A DNA stretch of 64,000 nt from an uncultured Bacteroidales bacterium (GCA_964544145.1 CAZJAT010000009.1:5001-69000), one strand, 5' to 3'. Counted from the first letter of the stretch, positions 31,982 through 42,872 are shown. Translations and numbers: made by a program. Notes: a model not told the origin generated them from the letters alone.

Positions 31982-33208
31982 ATGGCTCTCTCTATAACAA
32001 AGGTTTCAAGAAACAGTATTCTCAGAAAATATAATATCAGGGCTGGTGATACGATATTATCTGTTAATAATAGGGATATTCATAATTTTGAAGGAATATT
32101 GTTTGAATCAGATAATGATTCAATGTTGCTTAGAATAAAGACAGAAAAAGAGATTATCATTTCCATTTTAATAAATCGAGATGATTATGTCAGGATTAAC
32201 ACTGAATTCCTTGAAGGAAAGATCATGTCCTGTGTAAACAATTGCATGTTCTGCTTTGTTAACCAGAATCCGAAGAATCTGCGTAAATCATTATACGTGA
32301 AAGATGATGATTACAGACTTTCCCTCTCTTATGGCAATTATATCACATTAAGCAATTTGAATTCTTCACATCTAAAGGATATAATAGAACATCATTTCTC
32401 TCCATTATATGTTTCCATACATGCAGTAAATGACAATATCAGGAAAAAACTCTTTGGACGTGAAAACTCCCTTGATAAACTGAATGAACTTGTCAATAAT
32501 GCAATACATATACATGCTCAGATAGTGCTTGTTAAAAATGTTAATGATGGTGAATACCTTTTTGAGACATTGGCATATGCAAAAAAGAATAAATTTCTAT
32601 CAGTTGGAATTGTTCCTTGCGGATTAACAAGATTCAGGGAACATCTCCCTCACATTGAATCTATTGACCGTATTTATGCTAAGCATATAATTGATTCAGT
32701 AAATGCCTGGAAAAAAAGAGAAAAAGCATTCAATATATATATTGCTGATGAATTTTATTTAAAGGCCGATTACAGTGTCCCTTTAAATTCATATTACAAT
32801 GATTTCCCTCAAATTGATAATGGTATCGGCATGGTGAGAGATTTTCTCAATGCTGTCAAACCCTATAAACATATGAATATTATGGAAAATTACAGGATAA
32901 TAACTGGTAAAGATTTTGGTATATTTTTAATAAATAATGGTATATTCAGTAATAGCGTAAGTACAATCACAAATACCTTTTTCGGAGAAACGGTTAGCGT
33001 TACCGGATTACTCTCGGGACAGGACATAATAAATTCATTGACAAATATCAATGAGAAGCATATTATTCTCTTTCACAGCATTTTCAATGATAATGGTATT
33101 ACAGTTGATAATATGACCATCAGGGATATAGAAAATAAAACGCATAAAAAATTGCACATTATCTATGAATACAAAGATATAAAGGAATATTTAAATGTCA
33201 ATAATTAG
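31982..33208 (+). CDS. PDZ + DUF512 Fe-S protein (TIGR03279-like)
   Basis: CVNNCMFCFVNQNP, LYVKDDDYRLS, VPCGLTRFR, QIDNGIG; usual neighbour of der. Confidence 0.85.
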   Translation: MALSITKVSRNSILRKYNIRAGDTILSVNNRDIHNFEGILFESDNDSMLLRIKTEKEIIISILINRDDYVRINTEFLEGKIMSCVNNCMFCFVNQNPKNLRKSLYVKDDDYRLSLSYGNYITLSNLNSSHLKDIIEHHFSPLYVSIHAVNDNIRKKLFGRENSLDKLNELVNNAIHIHAQIVLVKNVNDGEYLFETLAYAKKNKFLSVGIVPCGLTRFREHLPHIESIDRIYAKHIIDSVNAWKKREKAFNIYIADEFYLKADYSVPLNSYYNDFPQIDNGIGMVRDFLNAVKPYKHMNIMENYRIITGKDFGIFLINNGIFSNSVSTITNTFFGETVSVTGLLSGQDIINSLTNINEKHIILFHSIFNDNGITVDNMTIRDIENKTHKKLHIIYEYKDIKEYLNVNN

Positions 33209-34490
33209 TATAATCGGAAAACCCAATGTAGGTAAATCAACACTGTTCAACAGACTCATAGGCAAAAGGGATGCAGTAGTCCATTCAACACCAAATTTAA
33301 CACGTGACAGACATTATGGCGAATTTGAATGGAGAGACAGAATATTCACACTCATTGATACAGGAGGCATTGGCGAAACACAGGACACTGCATTTATCAA
33401 AGCTGTTGAAGAACAAGCTGATATTGCAATAAATGAATCTCATCTGATATTATTCATTGTAGATAATAGGGAAGCAATCACATCGGATGATTATTATATT
33501 GCCGAAAAACTACGCCCATATAAGGATAAGGTCATCCTTGTTGTCAATAAATGGGATAATCAGAATGATATTATTACATCTGATGCATATGAATTAGGGA
33601 TTGATTGTATTTTCCCTGTATCAGCAGAACATCAGATCAATACAGATTCATTGAAGAATGAGATATATTCAATGCTTCCCGAGAGAAAGAACAGAAGGGT
33701 TGATGGTATCAGAATAGCAGCAGTGGGCAAACCAAATGTAGGGAAATCCAGCTTTATAAATGCTATTATGAAAGATAACAGAATGATCGTATCAGAAACA
33801 CCCGGAACCACCAGAGATGCGGTAGACACACATATGAATTATAAAAATCTTCATTTTATACTTGTTGATACTGCCGGCATAAGGAGAGCATCAAGGATAC
33901 ATGAACCTACAGAATATTATACTGTTCTCAGAAGCAAATTGGCTATGAAAAATGCTGATATTGTTGTAGTAATCATTGATGCCTCTGAACAGATATCAAA
34001 ACAGGATAAGAAGATTATTGAGGAGGCAATTGATTCACTGAAACCTGTAATGATATGCTTTAACAAAACAGATATCATTGTCAGTGAAGATAAGAATGAA
34101 TATTACAAAGCATTACGCAGCGAATTCCCATATGCAGAGCACATACCAATCATAAATACTTCATTCAAAAACAATAAAAATGTATTCAAGGTTATAGACA
34201 AAAGTATTGAATTGTATAATATGCTGCCACTCAAAATACCTTCTGCACAGCTCAATATACTGCTCTTTGAGATCATTGCACATAAAAAACATCCTATAAA
34301 AAAGAATAGAAGGGTGCGTTTTTACCGCTTATATCAGATAAGGGAAAACCCGGTGAAATTTGTTGTAGAATCATCATTAGGGGCAAATGTTGACAAATCA
34401 TATAAAAATTATATAATTAATTCAATAAGGGCATCATTACCTTTCAATGAAATAAATTTCAGGGTTTATTTCAGGAGTAAAAGCAAGTGA
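33195..34490 (+). CDS. der: Ribosome biogenesis GTPase Der/EngA
   Basis: Two G domains: GKPNVGKST...DTGG...NKWD and GKPNVGKSS...DTAG...NKTD. Confidence 0.96.
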   Translation: MSIISIIGKPNVGKSTLFNRLIGKRDAVVHSTPNLTRDRHYGEFEWRDRIFTLIDTGGIGETQDTAFIKAVEEQADIAINESHLILFIVDNREAITSDDYYIAEKLRPYKDKVILVVNKWDNQNDIITSDAYELGIDCIFPVSAEHQINTDSLKNEIYSMLPERKNRRVDGIRIAAVGKPNVGKSSFINAIMKDNRMIVSETPGTTRDAVDTHMNYKNLHFILVDTAGIRRASRIHEPTEYYTVLRSKLAMKNADIVVVIIDASEQISKQDKKIIEEAIDSLKPVMICFNKTDIIVSEDKNEYYKALRSEFPYAEHIPIINTSFKNNKNVFKVIDKSIELYNMLPLKIPSAQLNILLFEIIAHKKHPIKKNRRVRFYRLYQIRENPVKFVVESSLGANVDKSYKNYIINSIRASLPFNEINFRVYFRSKSK

Positions 34491-35110
34491 ATATTATTCT
34501 TAAAACATTGATTTACCTTGTCTTAACATATATTATTGCAGGTATACCTTCAGCATATATTATTACAAAGCTTATATTGAAAAAGGATATTCGCACAATA
34601 GGTTCCGGTAATGTGGGAGCCACTAATGTATATAGAGCAGGCGGCTTGAAATTAGCAATACCAGTGTTTATATTTGATTTTTTAAAGGGTTTTGTTCCAA
34701 CATTTATATCATTCTTTGTATTCAACAGGAATGCCGAGATATCTGTTATTGTAGCAGTTGTTGCAATTATAGGGCATATATTGTCACCTTATCTCAAATT
34801 TAAGGGCGGTAAAGGTGCTGCAACATCATTTGGGGCATTTATTGTAATATTCCCAATACCAATAGCAGCAGTTCTTGCAGTATTTTCTCTTATTGTACTG
34901 ACAACTCGTATGGTGGCATTAGGTACAATAATAGCTGCATGCACATTTCCCGTCTTTTATTATATATTTGGATATATTCTCCATTTTTCACCTCCATTTA
35001 AGTATTCAATATATCTGCTTGCTCCGATGATACTTATATGTGCATTCATTATATTCAAACATAAATCCAATATTTCACGAATGATTAAAGGTAAGGAAAA
35101 TAAGATTTGA
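34487..35110 (+). CDS. plsY: Glycerol-3-phosphate acyltransferase PlsY
   Basis: GSGNVGATNVYR, DFLKG, FKGGKGAAT, HKSNISRM. Confidence 0.95.
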   Translation: MNIILKTLIYLVLTYIIAGIPSAYIITKLILKKDIRTIGSGNVGATNVYRAGGLKLAIPVFIFDFLKGFVPTFISFFVFNRNAEISVIVAVVAIIGHILSPYLKFKGGKGAATSFGAFIVIFPIPIAAVLAVFSLIVLTTRMVALGTIIAACTFPVFYYIFGYILHFSPPFKYSIYLLAPMILICAFIIFKHKSNISRMIKGKENKI

Positions 35111-35436
35111 AAGAAAAACTGTACTATTCAATCAAGGAAGTATCTGAACTGACTGGATTGAAACCCTATGTTCTGCGTTTCTGGGAGAATGAATTCAAGG
35201 AATTGAAACCGAGAAAGTATAATGGCAATAGACGTATGTACACTGATAAGGATATTGAGACAATTAATACTATAAAATTTCTGCTATATAAGAAAAAATA
35301 TACAATTAAAGGTGCATGTCAAGTATTAAAAGACAAGAATCAGGTGAAACAGTTGAAGCTGCAGTTTGAGGAGGATATTGACAAAAATGGCATCCTCAAT
35401 GAATTAAAGAAAATTTTGCTAATATTAAGGGGATAA
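35107..35436 (+). CDS. MerR-family HTH regulator
   Basis: YYSIKEVSELTGLKPYVLRFWE...RRMY; TTG start overlaps the plsY stop. Confidence 0.88.
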   Translation: MKEKLYYSIKEVSELTGLKPYVLRFWENEFKELKPRKYNGNRRMYTDKDIETINTIKFLLYKKKYTIKGACQVLKDKNQVKQLKLQFEEDIDKNGILNELKKILLILRG

Positions 35437-35440
35437 TTCA

Positions 35441-36127
35441 ATGAAGAAGAAACATTATAGACTATTCTTGAGCACAGACAGTCAGGCAACAGCCAATCTG
35501 GTCGAAAAATCCTTTAAATCATTTGGTTTTTCTGTTAAGGTAACACCGAATTTGAAGAATATTATTGCCAATCTAAGAGAGTATGGTCCTGACATATTTG
35601 TTATTGACACAGATATGAATGATTTTGACTGTGATGATATGTGCTCATTGCTAAGTGATACAGAAGACTTAAAGAATCTGCCTATTATTATACTGACACA
35701 TACACAGCAGGATGCAATGGTTAATAAACATCTTCTGTCATGTATATATGATTATGTGTATAAACCGGTCAATCCCAATGAACTGCTTTCAAGGGTTCAG
35801 ATTGCAATATATATGAAGAATAAAATTGCTGAAATGCTGGAACTTGAACGTGAACACTATGTACGTGCAACTGCTACCACCATGCTTCATGAGATAAATC
35901 AGCCCCTATCTGTCATTCTGCTGTCCACAGAATTGCTGGAAACTCGTATACCGAGGAATGTGGGGGATAAGGAACATCATTATATCAATAAGATCAAGCA
36001 ATCCATAAATTCAATTACAGATATACTGTACAGACTCAATTTGGTGGCAGGAGAGGATTATAAGGCGGAAATAATTGATTATACATGCGAAGAAGTAATG
36101 CTTAAATTACCCACTTCCTTGTTATAG
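35441..36127 (+). CDS. Receiver domain + HisKA phosphoacceptor domain (no ATPase domain)
   Basis: Receiver motifs PDIFVID, PIIILT, KP; HEINQPLS H-box; ends without G boxes. Confidence 0.75.
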   Translation: MKKKHYRLFLSTDSQATANLVEKSFKSFGFSVKVTPNLKNIIANLREYGPDIFVIDTDMNDFDCDDMCSLLSDTEDLKNLPIIILTHTQQDAMVNKHLLSCIYDYVYKPVNPNELLSRVQIAIYMKNKIAEMLELEREHYVRATATTMLHEINQPLSVILLSTELLETRIPRNVGDKEHHYINKIKQSINSITDILYRLNLVAGEDYKAEIIDYTCEEVMLKLPTSLL

Positions 36128-36471
36128 ATGATATTGATGAAGTGAGAGAATCCATTATTGAAATATTGAAGAATGAACATCTAGATGTACTGAACGCTTC
36201 TGATATCATCAATGCAGAGAAGATTATTTCTGCTGAGCATCAGAATGTTTCCACTATTTTCTGCGATTTAAGGATTGGTAAGCGAAGCGGAATGGAATTA
36301 TATCATACAACAATGAAAATAGATCCTGATATTAATTTTGTCATTATTACCGGTTATCCTATGAAAAAAGAGACACGGCATATAGTCAGTGAATTAAAGA
36401 TCCCTGTAATAAATAAGCCATTTACAAGACGAAGGATACTCTCTGCCCTGAAGCATCAGAAAGCGAGATAG
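36106..36471 (+). CDS. Single-domain response regulator (start uncertain)
   Basis: In-frame FLVIDDIDEVRESI lies upstream of GTG 36142; FCD, IITG and KP motifs present. Confidence 0.75.
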   Translation: MTHFLVIDDIDEVRESIIEILKNEHLDVLNASDIINAEKIISAEHQNVSTIFCDLRIGKRSGMELYHTTMKIDPDINFVIITGYPMKKETRHIVSELKIPVINKPFTRRRILSALKHQKAR

Positions 36472-37052
36472 GTTTCTTTAAGCACATCTATTGAGTATGC
36501 TGAATTGAGTTTCTTCATTCGCTCCATTTCTTTTCTGCTGACAGCAATTCTCACATATATCTTTTCCTTGAAATCCTCGCTTAATACAGATACCTGCGGA
36601 TTATTGTTGAGATAGCGGATCAATTCGCCATGTTTCTTATAATCAGTTGTGATATTCATTATGAATCCCTTTTCCAATTTTCTCAATTTAACAGATGACA
36701 GAAGATCTGTGCCTGTATGCGTGTATGCTCTTACCAAACCGCCTATACCGAGTTTAATGCCGCCAAAATAACGTATTACTGAGATAATAACATTATAGAG
36801 GTCATTTTTCTCCAATACATTGTAAAGCGGTTTGCCTGCAGAATTTCGGGGTTCATTTGCATCAGAAAACTTATATGTATTATCTGCTAATCTGAATGCA
36901 TAAACAATATGGCTTGCATCTGTAAATTCCTTATGCAATTTGTCAAGAATATGTTCAGCACTTTCCAATGAATCAACATAATCAATAAAACCGAGAAAAT
37001 GCGATTTCTTTATTATGTATTCATTCCTCTGCTTATCTGTTATTGTGTGCAT
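36456..37052 (-). CDS. YigZ/IMPACT family protein
   Basis: IKKSHF, ASHIVYAF, DANEPRNSAG, RYFGGIKLGIGGLVRAY. Confidence 0.92.
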   Translation of the reverse strand: MHTITDKQRNEYIIKKSHFLGFIDYVDSLESAEHILDKLHKEFTDASHIVYAFRLADNTYKFSDANEPRNSAGKPLYNVLEKNDLYNVIISVIRYFGGIKLGIGGLVRAYTHTGTDLLSSVKLRKLEKGFIMNITTDYKKHGELIRYLNNNPQVSVLSEDFKEKIYVRIAVSRKEMERMKKLNSAYSIDVLKETYLAF

Positions 37053-37917
37053 TTATTTTCCTTATCTCAGGTGATATTGCATATAGAACAGGTACAATTG
37101 CTATTAATTGATATATATTCATGCTTTCATGCAGAAATATAATACTCAGAATAACGGCAAATACGGGTTTCAGAAAAAAGACCATTGATCCCCTTTCCAC
37201 AGGTATTGCCTTAAGACCCCTGAAATATGATAAATAACCGGCTCCAGTAACAATAATGCCCATATACAGCATAATAATAATTCCCTTAAATGTTATATTT
37301 ACCGCAATATGCTCATTAAAGAGAAATATGAATGGTATGTACATAATTGAACCTGCTAAAAAAGAGAGGAATGTTACAAACAGATTTCCATATTTCAAAA
37401 CAAAATCCCTTGCTAAAACAGTATATATGGCAAACAGTAATGAAGATACAAAGGAAAATGACAATGCAATAAGGGGATTCTTGAAATCCGAATTAAGTGA
37501 AAATGTAATAATTACAGCAATCCCTATTAATCCGGATACAAGCTTTAATATCATTGTTCTGTTGAACTGTCGCGTGCGTACACCGATTATGAGATATATA
37601 AATACAGGATTTGAGGATATCATAATTGCTGGAATTGACGCATTGCCATTATGAACGGCAATCTGCAAAGCCCCCATACTAAAGAAAACACTAAGTATGC
37701 CTAAACCCATTATTTTCAAGATATCCGATAATGGTGATGTCTTCAATTTCTTTATATTAGACCTGTCTTTGAGAAAAAAAGGCATCATAAAGAGCATACC
37801 AAGAAAGAATCTTAGAAATGTCATTGAAAAAGGACCTATATCCATATGAATCATCCTGCTTACTACTTCCATTGTGCTAAATACAAGCACAGTGAATATC
37901 AGAAACAGGTAATTCAT
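37033..37917 (-). CDS. DMT/EamA family transporter
   Basis: About 10 TM helices in two EamA-like halves. Confidence 0.85.
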   Translation of the reverse strand: MNYLFLIFTVLVFSTMEVVSRMIHMDIGPFSMTFLRFFLGMLFMMPFFLKDRSNIKKLKTSPLSDILKIMGLGILSVFFSMGALQIAVHNGNASIPAIMISSNPVFIYLIIGVRTRQFNRTMILKLVSGLIGIAVIITFSLNSDFKNPLIALSFSFVSSLLFAIYTVLARDFVLKYGNLFVTFLSFLAGSIMYIPFIFLFNEHIAVNITFKGIIIMLYMGIIVTGAGYLSYFRGLKAIPVERGSMVFFLKPVFAVILSIIFLHESMNIYQLIAIVPVLYAISPEIRKINAHNNR

Positions 37918-39242
37918 TGAACCGCTGTTGAGTCAATTATTTCAGGGAAAAAATTATATATCATCTTATCCGAAAAAGACTTGCTTATTAATGCCAATGA
38001 ATCCAAAAATGAGCGCAGTATGAGATCTTTCCTATTGAGATAATATGTATTGGCTAAATTAAATGCCATCATAGTATCGAGGGGATTGAGTTCATAAGCA
38101 TTTTTAAAGTACATTTCAGCTTCAAAATAATTTCCTAATTTATAATAATTGCTACCTATAAATGAATTAATAAAAATCATCATGGCAGTATCTGAATCTG
38201 AGGGCATCCGAGAAAGCATTTCCAGTGATTTGTCATATTGACCATCAAAGAAATAGGACTGAACAGATGTCCTTGATGTGAAATTTTCATTGAGTGACAG
38301 TTCATTATAATATGCATTTGCTCTCTCATAATAATCATGTCTAAACATTGCATCCGCAATTTGCTCAATAATATTATCATTAAATGTGAATATCAATTCT
38401 CTGTGCATGTCAAATGTGTCCAATATAAGCGAATTCCCGGTTGCCTGCTCAATTGATATCATATTTTGATATATGAATACAGAATCAGGATATATCTGCC
38501 TCATCCGCATAAGAGCGCTTACACATGAATCAGTCTTGCCTGATTGATATAACGTGTAGCTCAGATTACTATATGCTCTGTAATTGAGACTCGTTTCAAT
38601 TAGCGAGTTAAATACAGATGAAGCAGCGGAATATTTCTTATTTTTTGAGTATGTCTTTCCAAGCAGCATCATATATGGATTTTTATTATAGTATTTTACC
38701 AATTGAGCAAGAATTTTTTCAGCTTTTTCATAATTCTTATTATTATAAAATATTACACCCGCTCTATACAATGCATATTCGTGTTTTGGATCGCCTTTAA
38801 TAGTATTCAATGCATAATAAAGTGATGAATCCATTTTGTTGATGCTGTAAAAATATGCTGATTTCAATTCCTTCAGCCGTATCTCAGAGCAGTTTTCCGC
38901 ATATACCTTATTGAGATATGTGCTGTAATCCGGATGATTGATTTTATCCATTATCAATAATCTTAAATATCTGCTTTCAATATCATCCTCTCTGCTTATT
39001 GCTGATTCAATTATATTCAGAGCATTATCATATATGCCATTAATATAGTAAGCATAAGATTTATAGTAAAATCCCTCTGCTCGCGATGAATCAATGTCAA
39101 TAATGAGATTAGATAAATTCAGCATCTGTTCTGTTTTTCCCTCAGAAAAAGCAGTTTCAAGAGAGTCAAGATAATTACTGTACATATCTGCATAAATAGG
39201 GGATACCAGAATAATCAGTATAAGAATCAAAATCCATTTCAT
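37914..39242 (-). CDS. Exported TPR-repeat protein
   Basis: Signal peptide MKWILILILIILVSPIYA from ATG 39242; multiple TPR-like helices (ALYRAGVIFY, LGNYFEAEMYFKNAY). Confidence 0.7.
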   Translation of the reverse strand: MKWILILILIILVSPIYADMYSNYLDSLETAFSEGKTEQMLNLSNLIIDIDSSRAEGFYYKSYAYYINGIYDNALNIIESAISREDDIESRYLRLLIMDKINHPDYSTYLNKVYAENCSEIRLKELKSAYFYSINKMDSSLYYALNTIKGDPKHEYALYRAGVIFYNNKNYEKAEKILAQLVKYYNKNPYMMLLGKTYSKNKKYSAASSVFNSLIETSLNYRAYSNLSYTLYQSGKTDSCVSALMRMRQIYPDSVFIYQNMISIEQATGNSLILDTFDMHRELIFTFNDNIIEQIADAMFRHDYYERANAYYNELSLNENFTSRTSVQSYFFDGQYDKSLEMLSRMPSDSDTAMMIFINSFIGSNYYKLGNYFEAEMYFKNAYELNPLDTMMAFNLANTYYLNRKDLILRSFLDSLALISKSFSDKMIYNFFPEIIDSTAVQ

Positions 39243-39251
39243 ATATATGGT

Positions 39252-39279
39252 ATTATATAAAATAATTGATTTTTGTAAA
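39252..39279 (-). promoter_or_regulatory. sigma70 promoter for the TPR-DMT-yigZ operon
   Basis: Minus strand: TTTACA (39279-74), 16 nt, TATAAT (39257-52). Confidence 0.6.
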
Positions 39280-39347
39280 GTGCATTTCATTTATTTATTA
39301 TATAAATTTAATAGAAATTTATTATATAACAAAAATGAAATCATTTA

Positions 39348-39375
39348 TTGACATATATTATTATTTTAATATAAT
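39348..39375 (+). promoter_or_regulatory. sigma70 promoter for the yceD-rpmF-fab operon
   Basis: TTGACA (39348-53), 16 nt, TATAAT (39370-75). Confidence 0.75.
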
Positions 39376-39384
39376 TGCTTTTCT

Positions 39385-39795
39385 ATGATTACAATTAATC
39401 TGGCAGTATTACCGCCAAGCCATTCGCATCAGGAATATCAGTGGATTCTCCCAGAAGAGGGGTTTTATCCCTTTAATGAGTCTATGGATATTACAGGTAT
39501 ATTTGAAGTAAATAACAGACATGACAATGATTATGCCTTTAATGGGCACATTTTATTCACCTTAAACGCAGAATGTGACAGATGTGCAGAATCATTTAAC
39601 AGCAGTTTTAATGAAGAAATTATGTTTATTATTAAGAAAAACTCTGATATAGAGGATATTGACATTATCCCAGCAAACAGTAATATTATTGATTTAACAA
39701 GTTATATAAGAGATATAATTTTAACAGCTATACCTATGAAAAATCTATGTAATAAATGCATGGATGAAAATGAAACAGTACAAGGAGGACATTAA
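39385..39795 (+). CDS. YceD/DUF177 23S rRNA accumulation protein
   Basis: CDRC, IDLTSYIRDIILTAIPMKNLC; directly upstream of rpmF. Confidence 0.85.
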   Translation: MITINLAVLPPSHSHQEYQWILPEEGFYPFNESMDITGIFEVNNRHDNDYAFNGHILFTLNAECDRCAESFNSSFNEEIMFIIKKNSDIEDIDIIPANSNIIDLTSYIRDIILTAIPMKNLCNKCMDENETVQGGH

Positions 39796-39981
39796 ATGGC
39801 ACTACCTAAGAAACGTTCATCGTCAACAAGAGGCAAGAAGAGAAGAACACATTGGAAATTGTATAAAGCTGAACTCATTGTTTGTCCCAATTGCGGCCAT
39901 AAGATGAGAATGCACAGAGTTTGCCCTGAATGCGGACATTACAGAGGCAAGGAGATGATAACTATTACAAAAGAGGTATAA
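39796..39981 (+). CDS. rpmF: 50S ribosomal protein L32
   Basis: MALPKKRSS...RRTH, CPNCG...HRVCPECGHY. Confidence 0.96.
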   Translation: MALPKKRSSSTRGKKRRTHWKLYKAELIVCPNCGHKMRMHRVCPECGHYRGKEMITITKEV

Positions 39982-40992
39982 ATGAATATTGTCATTGATG
40001 CTATGGGACCTGAACAGGGGCCGGGCGTCATCATTGACGGTATAAACAATGTTGCAGACCAATTAAAGAAATGCAAGATATACCTCATTGGCAATAAAGC
40101 TCTTCTGGATAAATACCTGTTCGAGAATAAAACAACAATAATGGCGGAACATGAAATCATCCATACGGAAAATAATATATCAATGGATGATACACCGTCA
40201 AAGGTGCTTAATACAAAGATGGACTCATCCATAGCAATAGGTATAAAAACATCAATGGGATTGGAAAATTCCGCATTTCTCAGTATGGGAAATACAGGAG
40301 CTGTTATGGCATTTTCCCTCAAGATTATGGGCAGAATGAATGGAGTGATCCGGCCTGCAATAGGAACCGTTTTTCCTGTAGGAAGACATCCTCTTTTGCT
40401 TGATATGGGTGCAACACCGGATTGCAAGGGAGAAATGCTGCATCAATTTGCGCTAATAGGAAGTGAGTACTCAAAGGCAGTCTGGGATATTAAAAATCCT
40501 GTAGTAGCTTTAATGTCAATTGGCACAGAGGATTCGAAGGGCTCTATTGTAACTCAGAAAGCATTTGAATTGCTCAGTCAGGATAAATCTATTAATTTTT
40601 ACGGAAATATTGAAGGCAGCGATCTATTCAACAATATTGCTGATGTAATTGTTTTTGACGGATTTACAGGAAATATTGTTATTAAATTTGCTGAGGGTAT
40701 GGTTTCATTCTTAAAGGAAGGCATAAAGGATGTTTCTTCATCCTCGCTTGCAAGTAAAATAGGTATGGGACTTGCGAAGAATAACTTAAAGCAATTTTTT
40801 AAACATTTATCATATGATGAATATGGGGGAGCACCTCTATTAGGTGTAAATGGTATATCAATAGTCGGACATGGTAAATCAAATGCCAGAGCTGTCTCAA
40901 GTGCAGTACTCAATGCTGCAGTACTTATTGAACATGATTTTCTGAGACATGTGAAAAGCCGAATGGAAGAAAGGAGTGTATATGCGAAGTAA
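39982..40992 (+). CDS. plsX: Phosphate acyltransferase PlsX
   Basis: IVIDAMG, SMGNTGA, DGFTGNIVIK, GGAPLLGVNG, GHGKS. Confidence 0.95.
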   Translation: MNIVIDAMGPEQGPGVIIDGINNVADQLKKCKIYLIGNKALLDKYLFENKTTIMAEHEIIHTENNISMDDTPSKVLNTKMDSSIAIGIKTSMGLENSAFLSMGNTGAVMAFSLKIMGRMNGVIRPAIGTVFPVGRHPLLLDMGATPDCKGEMLHQFALIGSEYSKAVWDIKNPVVALMSIGTEDSKGSIVTQKAFELLSQDKSINFYGNIEGSDLFNNIADVIVFDGFTGNIVIKFAEGMVSFLKEGIKDVSSSSLASKIGMGLAKNNLKQFFKHLSYDEYGGAPLLGVNGISIVGHGKSNARAVSSAVLNAAVLIEHDFLRHVKSRMEERSVYAK

Positions 40993-41959
40993 GATACTGG
41001 GAACAGGCTCATATGTGCCTGAAAAAGTATTAACTAATTTTGACTTGGAAAAAATGGTTGATACATCAGATGAATGGATTACAAAACGTTCTGGCATCAA
41101 GGAAAGACACATTGCATCTGATGAACAGGCAACAAGCGATCTGGGTATAGAAGCAGCTAAGAATGCTATTAAGAATGCAGGTATAGATAAAAATGACATT
41201 GATATGATAATATTCGGAACTGTGACACCAGATAAATTATTCCCTTCCACTGCCATATATGTGCAGAAAGCATTGGAATTGCCCGGCGTACCGGCATTTG
41301 ATATATCAGCTGCATGTCCCGGATTTATTTACGGTATGGCTATTGCAGATGGTATGATAAAGAACAATCAGGCTAAATGCATTTTATTACTGGGTGGTGA
41401 GACGCTATCAAAGGTCACTAACTGGGAAGACAGGGAAACTTGTGTTCTGTTCGGTGATGGAGTGGGAGCTGCAATAATGGTACCATCTGAAGATGATACG
41501 GGACTTATGTCCATTACATTGGGCGGTGACGGCAGTATGGAAGATCTGCTCTCACAACCGGCGGGAGGCACCCGTATGCCGGCAACAAGGGATACTGTTG
41601 ACAATAAATTACATACAATTCATATGAAGGGAAATGAGGTTTATAAAAATGCAGTAAATGCGCTCACAGAAATAGGCAAATCAGCTATTTCAAATGCGGG
41701 TATTACTGTAGAAGACATAACCCATTTTATACCCCATCAGGCAAATATCAGAATTATGGAAACAACGGGCAGATATTTGAATATGCCCAGAGAAAAGATA
41801 TATGTCAATATTGACAGAATGGCAAATACCTCTGCAGGTTCAATACCTATTGCAATGGATGAGATGAATAGAAATGGTTTGCTTAAAAAAGGTGATATTA
41901 TTCTCATTGATTCATTTGGCGCCGGTTTTGTGTGGGGCGCAGCAGTTATAAGGTGGTGA
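40982..41959 (+). CDS. fabH: Beta-ketoacyl-ACP synthase III
   Basis: AACPGF, HQANIR, NTSAGS catalytic triad. Confidence 0.96.
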   Translation: MRSKILGTGSYVPEKVLTNFDLEKMVDTSDEWITKRSGIKERHIASDEQATSDLGIEAAKNAIKNAGIDKNDIDMIIFGTVTPDKLFPSTAIYVQKALELPGVPAFDISAACPGFIYGMAIADGMIKNNQAKCILLLGGETLSKVTNWEDRETCVLFGDGVGAAIMVPSEDDTGLMSITLGGDGSMEDLLSQPAGGTRMPATRDTVDNKLHTIHMKGNEVYKNAVNALTEIGKSAISNAGITVEDITHFIPHQANIRIMETTGRYLNMPREKIYVNIDRMANTSAGSIPIAMDEMNRNGLLKKGDIILIDSFGAGFVWGAAVIRW

Positions 41960-41960
41960 A

Positions 41961-42872
41961 ATGAAGAATGCTTTTATGTTTCCCGGTCAGGGCTCACAGT
42001 ATGTATCAATGGCTTCTGATCTGTATGAGAATAATACAGTAAGAGAAATTATTGATAATGCTTCCCGCATTATAGGTACAGATATATCAGATATTATGTT
42101 CAATGGACCTGAAGAAGTTCTTACAGAATCAAGAAATACGCAGACAGCCATTCTGCTTCACTCAATTTCTGTCTATTCTCTCATAATAAATGATATCAAA
42201 CCCGACATTGTCTGCGGGCACTCACTTGGTGAATATTCAGCATTATACGCATGTGGCGTTCTGAACCTAAATGATGTTATCACACTTGTCAGAAAACGCG
42301 GTGAATTAATGTCATTGGCAGGCGAACGTGCACAGGGAACAATGGCTGCAGTAATAGGAATGGATGCTGATAAAATTGATAATATAATCAGTGATATTGA
42401 AGGCACAGTAATTGCAAATTACAATGGAGAATTGCAGACAGTAATTTCTGGTACATCATCAGGCATTGAACGCGCTATGGACATACTGAGCAAAGAGGGT
42501 GCAAGAAGAGTTTTAAAATTGAATGTTTCAGGCGCATTTCATTCTCCACTAATGCATTATGCTTATGATGAGTTTTCTTCATTCATTGATTCATTTGAGT
42601 TTAAAAACCCCGAAATTGATATTATCATGAATGTGACTGGCAAGATAGAAGACAATGGGGAAGCCATAAGGGGATTATTGAAAGAACAGATTATCAGTCC
42701 TGTCAGATGGACAGATACAATGAATTTATTGATAGAACAGGGAATGGACAAATTCTATGAAATAGGTCCTAAAAAAGCACTTTCAGGCATGATAAAAAGA
42801 AAAACAGACAGACCTGTAATATGTCTTGATAAGATGAATGAAATTATTGCGGAGGTGAATAATGATAAGTGA
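41961..42872 (+). CDS. fabD: Malonyl-CoA:ACP transacylase
   Basis: FPGQGSQ, GHSLGEY, VSGAFHS. Confidence 0.96.
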   Translation: MKNAFMFPGQGSQYVSMASDLYENNTVREIIDNASRIIGTDISDIMFNGPEEVLTESRNTQTAILLHSISVYSLIINDIKPDIVCGHSLGEYSALYACGVLNLNDVITLVRKRGELMSLAGERAQGTMAAVIGMDADKIDNIISDIEGTVIANYNGELQTVISGTSSGIERAMDILSKEGARRVLKLNVSGAFHSPLMHYAYDEFSSFIDSFEFKNPEIDIIMNVTGKIEDNGEAIRGLLKEQIISPVRWTDTMNLLIEQGMDKFYEIGPKKALSGMIKRKTDRPVICLDKMNEIIAEVNNDK

